From Octopus bimaculoides (taxonomy: Eukaryota), in NCBI RefSeq assembly GCF_001194135.2, contig NC_068987.1, positions 68,321,841 through 68,355,964 of the forward strand: a DNA stretch of 34,124 bases, written 5' to 3'. A model generated the notes under the pieces. It did no database searches and was not told the origin of the DNA. It saw only the letters and a program-made list of their open reading frames with translations. The first letter of the stretch is position 1. The number at the start of each line of letters is the position of its first letter. The position numbers were made by a program, and so were the translations under genes. Below, piece by piece: positions 1 to 11,698 of the stretch.

Positions 1-67
<67 letters not shown>

Positions 68-76
68 GAGAGAGAA
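1..76. repeat. (AT)n followed by (AG)n microsatellite
   Basis: Directly visible dinucleotide runs. Confidence 0.97.
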
Positions 77-326
77 AGTGAGACATATACATGTACTAAT
101 TCCTAAGCACTATCCCAAAGACAGAGTATTGAGAGCAGATTTTTGATTTTGAAAATTGTAATTAATGAATGATTTTTTCGTCAAATTTATGTGCATATAC
201 CTCATAAGCAGGACACTTAAACTGTATTATTTAGAAGAGCCTGGTGTTTTCCTGTCTTAGAGAAATTGCATAGTTAATATAGTCGTACGTCCTTGTGGCT
301 AGGTTATGGACTGCATAAACTATATA

Positions 327-650
327 GGAGCACTCCGTCGGTTACGTCGTCGAGGGTTCTAGCTGATACGATCAACGGGACAGCTTGCTCGTGAAATTAA
401 CGTGCAAATGGCTAAGCACTCCTCAGACACGTGTATCCTTAAGGTAGTTCTCAGGGAGATTCAGCGTGACACAAAGTGTGACAAGGCTGACCCTTTGAAA
501 TAGAGGTACTACTCATTTTTGTCAGCTGAGTGAAGTGGAGCAATGTGAAATAAAGTTTCTTGCTCAAGGACACAACGCATCGCCGGGAATTGAACTCACG
601 ACCTTACGATCGTTAACCAAACACACTAACCACTAAGCCACACGCCTTCA
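327..650 (-). mobile_element. Full-length tRNA-derived SINE with CORE-like central domain (octopus OR/OK-type)
   Basis: Minus strand has A-box-like GGCTTAGTGG and B-box GAGTTCAATTCC, then TGTGTCCTTGAGCAAGAAACTTTATTTCAC (CORE-like). 16-bp TSD with one mismatch: ctgcataaactatata (311-326) and ctacataaactatata (651-666). The 3' tail is shared with the SINE at 30000-30378. Confidence 0.92.
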
Positions 651-2229
651 CTACATAAACTATATATTGTGCCCATATAGTAAACATTTTTCACAACATA
701 CCGTATTTACCCTAATAAACAGTGAAAACGTGTAGTGCAAAACATTCAGACATCGTGACTATTTTTCCAAATCCGGTTGAATTTCAAATGGAACTTTGTG
801 CTCTTCAAAGGCGTCTTGGGGAATAGCTTTACGTTTTTTGGTCGTAAATTTTCGCCTGAAATATTCGACTTGAATGCTGGAGATAGGGCATAGATTCCTT
901 CGAAATGAATGACAAAGTATGTGAAAAAGCAAATTTCTTCTCGCCCCATATATCCATAATACACGATTATGGCAAAAGCTCCTTCAATTTCAATTTTGTT
1001 AATCTGTATCATAATATTCCAATTAAAATACTGTCCTTATTTTAATTTTGACTCGACCCCTAAATGTTTTTTAAGGAATAGTAAGAGTTTGTTTAAGGAA
1101 AAGAGGAGAATCATAAATCACTTAAAGTTAGAGGCGCCTATAATGAAAATGTACAAATATTCCGGCTGTTTTCGTTGGTCGTTACGAAAGGAATTTATGG
1201 CCTCAAAATATTTAGGAGTGATTCTATTCATAAAATATATTTCGTCCTGATATGTATATTTCGCTTGCAACAGTATAATGGCAATATTTCTCTTTTTATT
1301 CATACATTTTAAATCTTTTCTTTGTGTCACTATTTTCCTTATAGTGATGATGATCACGAGTATGATGACGGAAACACTTCAGATTTTGTTAAATGATTCA
1401 TCGTTATGACGATTTTTTGTAACTTCAGGCAAAATTGATAACATTGTTATAGCTGTGATGTAAGACAAACAGCATTTATTATTATATAACATACAAATTC
1501 TCACATTTTGAATAAACCTTTACTTTCGTTTCATTTCCGCCGAATAATTTTCTGTTCTTTTGTCTCGACTTACTCTTCATTTATGTTTCTTCAATTTTCC
1601 TTAATGAAATATTAACTGTTTCAGTTTGGGGAATTATTTTCTAATTAAAGATTTTTAAACTATACAATATTAATATTTTCTTAATTTTATTGATATAAAT
1701 AACGCACTCAGCTATTTCATTCTTTATCAAATTCGGTATGCCTAAACATTGAACACATTTGGATTCATACGTGAAGTATGGTTTAGATGTTATTGTTGAA
1801 GACGGCGTGGCAAAGCTTAAGTGTTAGTTAAATCCAGAACGTTTTGGAAATGACTTACTGAATTTTTTAGTACTAAAGTAACCTTGGAAGATACATATCC
1901 AGCACATGCATCGAATGATAAGTTCATTTTGGAGGAAAAGGGAACGTGTTTGAGAGCTAGAGGAATATTAACCAAACATTGTTTCGCACTTAACAGGAAA
2001 CCGAGGAGCAGATCTGAAAAAAATGTTTTGACGATTCCGCCACGTTGATTAAACTGTGTCCTGCACATGATTGAACATTTATGTGAGAAATGACTAAAAT
2101 AGAAAGATGCACAATTAATCGTATTACTGAAATGTCTCACGATATTTTTCAACAAGATATTGATTGGATGAATTCTAGCTTGCTAACATTTCCCTTGAAT
2201 TTCATTAACCCTGTTACATTACTAATACG

Positions 2230-2440
2230 TCTTGTGTCAGGTCGCTCTTGAGTGCTACTGGTAACATGTAACCCAGTACAACCTGTCGCATGTTCGGGTC
2301 GTCGGCGACTAAGCTGGCAACCCTACCAGGCTTGCTTAGTGAGGAGGGTGTTGTTGGACACCCTGCGGGATGAAAAATAAGACCTGTTAAAGGGCGGCTG
2401 AACTCCTGAATTGCCAACGGCCATCCAACAAAACGTCGGT
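2230..2440 (+). repeat. GC-rich structured interspersed-repeat-like island, possibly a LINE (RTE-type) 5' UTR
   Basis: Several short helices: tactgg/ccagta 2256-2278, actaagc/gcttagt 2308-2340, agggtgt/acaccct 2345-2364. Family assignment is recollection only. Confidence 0.35.
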
Positions 2441-2473
2441 AAATATGTACATACCTTTTTAAGTGTATTTTTA

Positions 2474-2479
2474 CACACA

Positions 2480-2534
<55 letters not shown>

Positions 2535-2669
2535 NNNNNNNNNNNNNNNNNNNNNNNNNNNNNNNNNNNNNNNNNNNNNNNNNNNNNNNNNNNNNNNNNN
2601 NNNNNNNNNNNNNNNNNNNNNNNNNNNNNNNNNNNNNNNNNNATATATATATATATATATATATATATA
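2474..2669. repeat. (CT)n, N-gap, (AT)n
   Basis: Directly visible; gap 2535-2642. Confidence 0.95.
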
Positions 2670-3329
2670 GTAGGGTTTTATTTCATTTTCTTAGCCAGCT
2701 AGAAGAGGCAGTCTTCATTATTTCTGCTAGCTCTCGGGAGCCAATGAGTTCGTTGATGTTAATGTTCCTTTTGAATTGTTGAAGCTCAACGTGTTCTGGA
2801 AAGACAAGAGGAGGGAGGCGGGTCCAAAAACCATTACTTTGGAGAGGATGGTCTGGACGTGATATCAGGAACTGAAACAACAATGCTGATGAACCTTATA
2901 GAGTGTCAATTACGAGACAAAAAGAAATTAGTACTGAAGAGAATTCCTTGGTATGTGGTTCTGACTATGCAAAGAATATATTTTCTCCGGGAAAGTTCCC
3001 CTGTGATAGTGAAGTCAGGCATTTTGAGCGACTATAAGCACTATAGATGAATACAGCTCATGCTTACTGTTATCTCCATATGAGTAGTACTTGCAATTTT
3101 TGCAGTTAAAAGAGGTTGCCACGGTGTCACTGAATGACACCTGCAAAGTTTATATTTATGGAATCAGTGCAGCTTTTGTGCATGTAGTCTTTAGGTCGTG
3201 TGTGGTTGATGCATAGTCGAAGAACATTAAGAAGGAATAAAAGGACATGTTATCTTGAACATTAATCAATAAATATTGTAACCCCAGCATATGCTTGCAT
3301 TTCACTAGTTATGTCAAACCGAACCGTCT

Positions 3330-4119
3330 ACACAGAAGATATTGACAACAGAGCACTTCCTCAAACACTAACTCACAGTTTCTTCAAATCCTTTTATAAG
3401 TTGGATGTTAGGCAATTAAATATTTTGTTTCATACTAATTTGATATGACTAAAATTTAGAATTATTCTCATAAATGAGCGCTTGATCTCTAACCTGAGGT
3501 AGAGGTATTTCTCTTTTTGAGGGATTCAAATTTACCAAACAAGTTTGACAATGCAAAGTTTAAGGACTGTTTAGAAAAACTCACAGATGTATTTTGCCTC
3601 CTTAACCTACGAGTCAAATAATTTAAGGGAGAACCAGTAGCCATTTCTGGAAAGAGTGCGATGTAAGTACTGAAGATAACGCTGGATTTATGATTACAAA
3701 GGGTACAGAAAAATTTAATTTTCCAAACTTGAATGAAGGCATTTTGGAAAAAACGGATGCACTACTTGAAATAAATGAAAGACATATGAGCATCTTGAAG
3801 GGTCACGTTACTGGCTACTTTCTACAAAACTTGTCACAGAAGAATGGATGTCAAACGAATGCTTTTCTTTTTAACTACGGAACTGTCAGATAAGAAAACT
3901 GACAACCTATCAAAAAAGGGGTTGATTAATGTTTACTTCTCTAGTAGACTTAAGGTAGAATTGTATTTATTTTGAGTTGATGTCTAGAATGGTGTTCACA
4001 ATATCGTTTTATTTGTTGCTCTATGTCTTTGTGAATCAGCTTCCTCCACTTCAATATTAATGGATACAAAGACAAGGTATCTCCTGAAAACTGATAACGA
4101 CATAAGGGAGGCTCTTTGA
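3330..4119 (+). mobile_element. Decayed hAT (Charlie/Buster/ZBED5-like) transposase, C-terminal half
   Basis: Frame-broken translation gives LFHTNLI*L (cf. LLHTEVRWL), LEKLTDVFCLLN at 3571 (cf. LAYLTDIFSILN), and LCLCESASSTSILMDTKTRYLLKTDNDIREAL at 4021-4116 (hAT dimerisation domain, cf. YLCESGFS..KTK.RNRL...D.R.AL). Weaker matches may extend it upstream to about 2820. Confidence 0.8.
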
Positions 4120-4499
4120 ATAGATAAACTCCTCGTTTCAATGAATCAGCTGAGTTCCAGCTGATAGTGTTTTTGGTACATTGTGTTTGATGTTGTGAAG
4201 ACAAAAAGAAAATTATTTAAAATTATCTTCTTTTACTTTCATGTATATACTGTTATTTAACTTCTGTTCATTTTCATTGTCATATATTTCTTTGATAAGT
4301 AAATTTACTTTTTTCTTAATTATTTTTTATATATATTTTTCCTTCATCAAAGTTTATTCTGTATAAAACCTTAATAATAAAATTCTTCTACGTTGTTGTT
4401 ATTTTGTGCTTCTATGAGGGCTATCGATTTTTGTTATTTATTATTTATTAATATTCATATTTATTTATTTGATTATTTTCACGATGGAGAAGAGGGTGT

Positions 4500-6140
4500 A
4501 AAAGGCGAAGAACATCAATCCGAGTGGGCAAATTACAAAGAACCATTGGTCTAAGTGAAAACTTCATTGATTTTGTTTTGTTCTCCTATAATATTCATTG
4601 TGTGAAATTTTGTAGTCAGTATTTGAGAAATATATTGTAAGGGTGTTTACTTAATGTTGGAAATATGGGATATGATCTGGGGCTGTTACTGTGACATTGT
4701 AACACTCTTGTATGTCATTTTTATTGCTTGCTTTGTGGTTTATATTAGACAAATATTTCTTAGTTTTCTGTTTTGCTATTGTTCATTTCCATTGAGGTCT
4801 CCTATTTGGTTATCTGATGTTACTTTCTTTAACTTTAGCTGTGTTATTCAGATTGTATCTTATACTATGCCATGTAGGATATAACTGTTGGATGAACTGA
4901 TAGTTATTTTGCCGAATGTATGTACCTCTCTAGATAGTATTGCATTGTTGAATTCTACAAACCCCAATTCTCTTTCAATGCTGAATGTTTTTTTTAAGTT
5001 TCCAATAGTGTTTCGCTTCATTCAGTTATGCGTATATGTGCCATGACGATGACCGGTTACTGGTCACAAGTGATTTCTGTGATTTCCTCATGTAATTGTA
5101 GCTCTTACGTATGTTTATCAGCAGTTGATATCTGGGCCATTGTTCCTATATTGAGGTAATTATGAATTTTGCTTCCTTATGTTTACAAGGCTTATATTTA
5201 TGACAGAAATCTTGCTCTTTTTTAATGCCTTCTTTGTGAGAACGGGGAATCAAGAAGTAAAATATTTATTTCTTTATTGCCTACAGGGGACTAAACATAG
5301 AGGGACAAACAAGGAGAGACAAAGGGATTAAGTCGATTACATCGACCCCAGTGCGTAACTGGTACTAATTTAATGGAACCCGAAAGGATGAAAGGCAAAC
5401 TCGACCTTGGCAGAATTTGAACTCAGAACGTAACGGCAGACGAAATACTGCTAAGCACTTCGCCCGGTTTGCTAACGATTCAGCCAGCTCACCGCCCTCA
5501 AGAAATAAAATATTAAGAGTACTTCCTTCGTATCGTTGTGCATGTTGTTGTTGTAGATGTATTTATCTCTACTCTGGGAAACTTTCTGATAATTGTAAGC
5601 TGCAGGAATCGTTTCAAGATGTCATCCACATGCAAAATACATGTTTCTATGAGACAATATTGCATTGTTCGACCAGTGTTGAAGGTATAACTTTGTCATC
5701 TTCTCTTCTGACATATTGTATTCGGGACTACTTTATGTTGCGTGTTCGTTTATTTTTAAGATGGTACCAAAAATTTAATGTGCATTTGATAACAAATTGT
5801 TGCAGGTCAACCAGGCACATAAATAATACTTCGTTAACTTGTTCTAAGAACGGTGAAAGTAGGAGCAGGATTCAAAAAGAGAGAAAACGGAGATATTGAA
5901 TTAGTATAACTGAAAATTATATTAAATGATTTTCAAGTGAAAGAACTGAACGGCAAAGTAAATGGAGATTATATACGCACTGATTCTTCGTTTCAGAAGT
6001 TGGAATGAATTCAAAGTGTAACATGGACAACAATGACAAGTTATTGATAACTAGTGATCGGTTTACACCCTTAGGACGACCAGGATGTGTGATTAGTTTG
6101 TTAATAGGAAGTGGTGTATAACATACAGTTGAAAAAGCCA
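4500..6140 (-). mobile_element. Decayed Penelope-like element (RT and thumb region), interrupted by a SINE
   Basis: Ordered motifs on the minus strand: LPINKLITHPGRP (HPGRP at 6087-6073; cf. LPKIHK..PGRP), LTCNNL (about 5810; cf. LTxNNF), HVDDIL (5632-5615; RT YxDD), a KEVxFLDIL-like stretch across the SINE insertion site, then KYKP and HNYLN. Many frameshifts; outer limits approximate. Confidence 0.6.
5267..5497 (-). mobile_element. tRNA-derived SINE with conserved central domain GAGTTCAAATT..GCCTTTCATCCTTTCGGG
   Basis: Homologous to 20371-20592. 17-bp TSD with one mismatch: tcaagaagtaaaatatt (5250-5266) and tcaagaaataaaatatt (5498-5514). Confidence 0.92.
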
Positions 6141-7319
6141 AAAATTCGAAAACGAAAAAGAGAAATTGTTTAGTAAACGATTTTCATTGACTTTTGAATT
6201 GGTGTGGTTGTTGTTGGAAAAAGAAAGGCCCATGGTATATTCGTTGTGACTAGCCACAGCTTTAATCTCTGTATATTGTTCAGATAGATGTCAGTAAAAA
6301 GATAAGAAAGTTTGCCCATTCGGAACAATATGTTAGATTAGCGAGAAGAATTAAACGATATATACAGCAATGATAGAAGTAATTAGTCCCGGTTACTGTG
6401 TCCCCGTTCTGCCTCATGGTGAGCTCAGTATAGGAACACTTTCCCACTTGAACCTTCTGAAAAATGATGCCATTTATATTTTGTTTCGGGTAGTATTCTT
6501 CTGTTACATACTGTCACAGAACTCAGTAGGTTAAGGATAAATATAACTTTTATTTGTTTTTCTATTGAAAGTTTTTACGAGATATGTGCACAATGCTTGA
6601 TATGGCAATGACGTGCATCCATCAAACCAATTGTTTCATTTCTATCATGTCTTGATATTTTTAGTGTTATTTGTGCGTATTTGTCTGTTAGCGATTGAGG
6701 TTAGGTTATTTTGCAATTTTTAAGGCAATTTTTGAGGCAAATGTTATATGCATGTCTATCTTTCAAGCCACATATTCGGGTTATTTCTATTTCTAGACTC
6801 TTACACTCGGATAAATTCAGCCTTTATTTCGTAGTCATTTAGATTTGATATGCCGATTAAAAGACATTGGTGTTCCGGATGGTCTTAGATTATAATACAC
6901 GGACGATTTGCCTTAATCTCCTTTTCTGGGTGAATTTCATGTAGCATAATATAATCAATTTGTCATTTGAAATCTTTTTGACTTGTGTGTTTGTACATCT
7001 TTTATTAAGGTATTTTATATTAATGACATAGTTTCTTATAAAGAGTCCAACCTGGCCATCGCTGTTTTGCTCATTAAAAAAAGTTATTCAAAGAAGAAAG
7101 GGAAATAAACAAATGATTTTTGAATGCTCTTCTAGATGGAGTCAGAAATGCCCAGCTCAGAAAACTGCGGATCAATGTCAGTGACATTGACATAAAGTAT
7201 CAGGGTATCAGAATCTAGTCTCAACGTTTTCTCGAGTTGCATTTATACATTATTATATTATATCATAATGCTTTTCTTTTCTATTTTTCTGAGGTGGGGA
7301 AGCTTTTATCTTGAATTGC

Positions 7320-7750
7320 AATCAAAGTATTTCGATATCATTCTGCGCTTCTCAGGAGTGCCGTGTTTTGCAATATCAATTCCGCTTGTCAGTTATTGAA
7401 CATGAAGTAACTTTCTTGGCCACAATTTACTCTTTGTTGTCCCATTTTACTGTTTCATTAATAATTTCTTTACCTGTTTCTACATCCACTATAGATCGAT
7501 CTCTTAAATCATTATATCTTTTCTATTTATTGATTTGTTTTGAAGACGCAACGCATATTTTATTTGTGTTTTGTAAATATTTGTATTAAATTTTCCGTTG
7601 TGTTTACTAAATATTTTTGTAGTTCTGCAATAGATGTTTTATAATTATTCTTTCTCTGTGAAGGTTCTATCCCTTCTCCTGTATTTATAGTTCATGTGGA
7701 GTTTTTCTTTATTTTTCTATCTCTTCTTGATTTTCTTCGTGGATTCTAGT
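7320..7750 (-). mobile_element. Possible second Penelope-like RT/thumb fragment
   Basis: Minus-strand stretches FTEKE, KHNGKFNTNIYK, KRY..IDL and KEII resemble the PLE thumb region; highly degenerate. Confidence 0.4.
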
Positions 7751-7757
7751 CTAACTA

Positions 7758-8419
7758 TTCGAGGGTCAGCTAAAAAGTTCACAGCTGACAAAGCACTCAT
7801 ATGGAATGTGACCAAATGAGGTTTACTTTTCAACATAGACCGCCAATTGCGGTACACACACTTCTTCCATCGGTGTTACAGTGCTTGTAACCCATTTGTG
7901 AAAAAGATTTCATCCTGTTCCTCAGAAAAGTTATCAACTATAGATATGACGTCATCCTCATCGCGATATGTTCGGGAACACATGGTAGTCAGATGAGACG
8001 ACATCAGGAGAACATGGACTCTGATCAACCAGTTTAAAGCCTCAGTCACACCATTGAAACCAACACCTGGTGTACTGGAACATTGTCATCATGAAACAAG
8101 ACCACTTTCGTTGGACATTCTGGAAGTTTGGTCTTGATAGACTTCTGTAACTGCCCCAGCATGTTGGCATAGTATTCTCCATTGATGGTATGGCTCTTTT
8201 AAAGATAGCCAATAAACGTAATGCCTTTTGCATCCCCCCACCAAAAGAAAAAAAATAACTGAGGCCATTGCCTCTCCTACAGATGAAATGACTTCGGCCT
8301 TCTTTGGAACAGGTGAGGAGGGGTGTTTTCACTGCATGGATTGTCTCTTTGTCTGTGATGAATCCAACTCTTAGACTGAGTGAGGGAAAGTACAAGAAAA
8401 CCAGCTGTATCTGACTCAA
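7758..8419 (-). mobile_element. Mariner transposon, 3' half with TIR
   Basis: TIR TA/..CGAGGGTCAGCTAAAAAGTTCACAG at 7756-7785. Translation includes ESDTAGFL, WIHH, GDAKGITFIGYL, HTINGEYYANMLGQL, LFHDDNVPVH and a decayed YSPDLAP region. Confidence 0.9.
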
Positions 8420-8481
8420 GCTGAGGAAAGGAGGCGAAAGTATCGATCATCTCTTGAATGTGTATAGTAGGTTAGCACAGC

Positions 8482-8514
8482 ACAACACACACACACGCAC
8501 ACACACACGCACAG

Positions 8515-8549
<35 letters not shown>

Positions 8550-8565
8550 CATGCATACACAGACA
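8482..8565. repeat. (CA)n/(AT)n microsatellite
   Basis: Directly visible. Confidence 0.9.
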
Positions 8566-8751
8566 TGACAGAAGTAAATAGACACCCTTATAATCACGAA
8601 AATATATTTAAACCAGAAATTATACATAATGTGACCATCCTATATTCTGCGAGAATCTTAGTAAAATTCTTGAGATTTGGGAAGACATGCTGTCACAAAA
8701 TTTCAAGGTAAGCTAACATACCTGCTACTTAAGTTATCATGCACTAGCTCG

Positions 8752-8771
8752 ATAACAACAACAACACCACC

Positions 8772-8827
<56 letters not shown>
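8752..8827. repeat. (AAC)n/(AAT)n microsatellite
   Basis: Directly visible. Confidence 0.95.
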
Positions 8828-8828
<1 letters not shown>

Positions 8829-8829
8829 C

Positions 8830-9530
8830 GGTAGAAGGGTGGGAAGGAACATTTTTAACGGGGACAAATTCTTCAAAAATACTGCGTAAAACAAAAAGCT
8901 ATAACCGGAATCAAAGAACATCCAAAACAAGACAGCCTTACTGAAACACAAAGAATCAAACCTTATGAAAAGCGACATTTCTTTGAACAAAACAAGCAAT
9001 TTGCCTTAAACCAGAAACCAAGATTTTACTAAGAACTTGATTGTAAAATGAATCAAAAAATGAATACTTCACCAACAGCAAGAAAATCATAAGATTAGGG
9101 TGGAGTGGACAGCAGATGAATTGCCAAAGGCAAGAATCTTAAGAATAACAAGCACAAAATCAAACAATGATGAAAAGAATTTCAGTGCAAGAACAAATGC
9201 AGGTAAGAGAAGAAAAGTTAAATTAGCAAATGGAAAATATCGGAAAATGTTAAATTTCCAACTGTCTGGTTAAAAACTTTGACAGGCAAATAATTCAGAA
9301 ACAGCACTTGAGTATCCCACTAAATGAGGAACAGGTTCAGATCCAAAATGAAAGAACCAACTAATCCCAAACCACACAGAGCCATATATTGCTTTCCTAG
9401 AGTATCAAAGTCTTCACAGTAATAAAATAAAGAATGAATGCTCGTCTAGAAACAAGCAAAAAGGATGTTAAAATGACATAAAGCTGTAAAGATCAATTTC
9501 TAATACACAAAGGTACAGGAGAAAAAAAGG
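8830..9530 (+). mobile_element. Decayed R4/Dong-like non-LTR retrotransposon, region upstream of and entering RT
   Basis: Frame-broken motifs FEQNKQFALNQ..FY (cf. QNRLFENNQRRFY), WK...VWLKTLT (cf. WKAPGPD.VQGFWLK), HRAIYCFP..SKVFT (cf. NYRPITCLP..WKLLT), QKGC..CKDQFLIHK (cf. EQKGC..TKDQLLIDK). Confidence 0.7.
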
Positions 9531-9652
9531 AGGACCAGGTTTTTATTCATTACCAGAACCTCTTTGATAATCTTCGTTACACTTGGGATAGTAGCCTCAA
9601 TTATAGCAAAACATATCAAACGATTAGTGATTACAAGACAAACGCAAACAAA

Positions 9653-10222
9653 ATAGGCTGACTATAAAAGAATGATGGTAGAAAAATAAAATGTTGCATG
9701 TGTTCAAATTTTCTTATCAATAACTGGTTGCTTCTTTCCAGGTAAATTCACATTTGACTATTCAAAAAAAAAATCAAGTGTCCCTAGTAGCCACGTCTCT
9801 TGAAAATTGACAAAATTTGGCATCATGGTGTTATCAAGTACTTGCAAAAAAAAAAAGGTGTATCCGCTAAGGTGATTCATGCTGACGTGGTTGTTGCATT
9901 AGGAAATGACAGTGCAAAAGTGGGCAGCTGAATTTAGAAGAGGAAATGGAAGTTCTGAAGATGACTCAAGATCTGGATGTTCTACAACTGTCATCACCAT
10001 GGAAAACTTTGATCGTGTTCATCACATGGTGATGGATGACAGGCGATTGGATATAAATGAAATAACCAATGCTATAAGCATATTCCGTGAGAGAGTTGAA
10101 AATATTCAGTACAATGAACTTGGAATGACGAAGGTTTCTGCTCAGTGGGCGCCATATCTTCTGGCACCGGATCAAAAGCACATAAAGCTGATCGCATCAC
10201 GGGAAAATCTGGTATTTTTCGA
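9653..10222 (+). mobile_element. Mariner transposon, 5' half (HTH region to just past the WVPRLL motif)
   Basis: Inner-TIR remnant taggctgac matches the 3' TIR at 7758. Translation: GVIKYLQKK, TVQKWAAEFRRG, EDDSRSG, RRLDINEI, MTKVSAQWAPYLL (WVPRLL), RENLVFFD; ends at a (GTT/ATT)n run. Confidence 0.9.
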
Positions 10223-10330
10223 TGTTGTTGTTATTGTTGTTGTTGTTATTATTATTATTATTATTATTATTCAGATCACTGCTTGGAATCGAACTCGGAA
10301 TCTTGGGCCCGCGCTCTTAACCACTGCGCT
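10223..10330 (-). mobile_element. tRNA-like A/B-box segment followed by an (AAT)n/(AAC)n tail
   Basis: Minus strand reads GCGCAGTGGTTAAGAGCGCGG..GAGTTCGATTCCAAGCAGTGATCTG-(AAT)n. Confidence 0.7.
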
Positions 10331-10568
10331 ATATGTTACTGGGCAATTATGGAGTGAATTTTAGGGATTATAAATCTAATATTTTCCTATCCTTCCTTAA
10401 TACCGGTTCCCATATGCTACTTATATCTGCACTCAGTCTGCTTAGAAGATCGTTGTGCCCTAGCATATGTGCTACTTTTTTTTAGTTTTCGTATATTCCA
10501 GTGGTGTTCTCTGTCTATTATTTTAATTTCACCCCACAGGGGAAGGTGGTCACCATTTTTCCATACAT

Positions 10569-10589
10569 GGGTTCGATTCCAGGCAGTGA

Positions 10590-10661
<72 letters not shown>

Positions 10662-10675
10662 TAATAATAATAATA
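10569..10675 (+). mobile_element. Second copy of the B-box segment plus (AAT)n
   Basis: GGGTTCGATTCCAGGCAGTGACCTG-(AAT)n, homologous to and in opposite orientation from the copy at 10223-10330. Confidence 0.65.
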
Positions 10676-10711
10676 CTAATATTGGCTGCTCAAGATCAAA
10701 GCTTATTAACC
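10676..10711 (+). mobile_element. Start of a 5'-truncated R4/Dong-like fragment running into an N-gap
   Basis: Translates LILAAQDQSLLT, the motif preceding the CCHC knuckle in RLE-type LINEs (cf. ICAAQEQAL at about 21560 and IIAAQKQDM at about 29535). Short. Confidence 0.55.
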
Positions 10712-11644
10712 NNNNNNNNNNNNNNNNNNNNNNNNNNNNNNNNNNNNNNNNNNNNNNNNNNNNNNNNNNNNNNNNNNNNNNNNNNNNNNNNNNNNNNNNN
10801 NNNNNNNNNNNNNNNNNNNNNNNNNNNNNNNNNNNNNNNNNNNNNNNNNNNNNNNNNNNNNNNNNNNNNNNNNNNNNNNNNNNNNNNNNNNNNNNNNNNN
10901 NNNNNNNNNNNNNNNNNNNNNNNNNNNNNNNNNNNNNNNNNNNNNNNNNNNNNNNNNNNNNNNNNNNNNNNNNNNNNNNNNNNNNNNNNNNNNNNNNNNN
11001 NNNNNNNNNNNNNNNNNNNNNNNNNNNNNNNNNNNNNNNNNNNNNNNNNNNNNNNNNNNNNNNNNNNNNNNNNNNNNNNNNNNNNNNNNNNNNNNNNNNN
11101 NNNNNNNNNNNNNNNNNNNNNNNNNNNNNNNNNNNNNNNNNNNNNNNNNNNNNNNNNNNNNNNNNNNNNNNNNNNNNNNNNNNNNNNNNNNNNNNNNNNN
11201 NNNNNNNNNNNNNNNNNNNNNNNNNNNNNNNNNNNNNNNNNNNNNNNNNNNNNNNNNNNNNNNNNNNNNNNNNNNNNNNNNNNNNNNNNNNNNNNNNNNN
11301 NNNNNNNNNNNNNNNNNNNNNNNNNNNNNNNNNNNNNNNNNNNNNNNNNNNNNNNNNNNNNNNNNNNNNNNNNNNNNNNNNNNNNNNNNNNNNNNNNNNN
11401 NNNNNNNNNNNNNNNNNNNNNNNNNNNNNNNNNNNNNNNNNNNNNNNNNNNNNNNNNNNNNNNNNNNNNNNNNNNNNNNNNNNNNNNNNNNNNNNNNNNN
11501 NNNNNNNNNNNNNNNNNNNNNNNNNNNNNNNNNNNNNNNNNNNNNNNNNNNNNNNNNNNNNNNNNNNNNNNNNNNNNNNNNNNNNNNNNNNNNNNNNNNN
11601 NNNNNNNNNNNNNNNNNGAAAGAAGAAAAAAGAACAACAACAAC

Positions 11645-11697
<53 letters not shown>

Positions 11698-11698
<1 letters not shown>

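Noticed and set aside
746-1357. Three short ORFs (79-93 aa) as a gene or PLE relic
   Set aside because: No recognisable motif chain; only faint PLE-like hints; AT-rich chance ORFs.
2820-3330. Upstream extension of the hAT relic (KPFTIGE-like and KRIP..RI-like stretches)
   Set aside because: Needs several assumed indels; left out of the called coordinates.
6500-7250. Another PLE RT relic (GTPM-like and SLPYQAL-like stretches on the minus strand)
   Set aside because: Isolated 4-7 aa matches only, insufficient.
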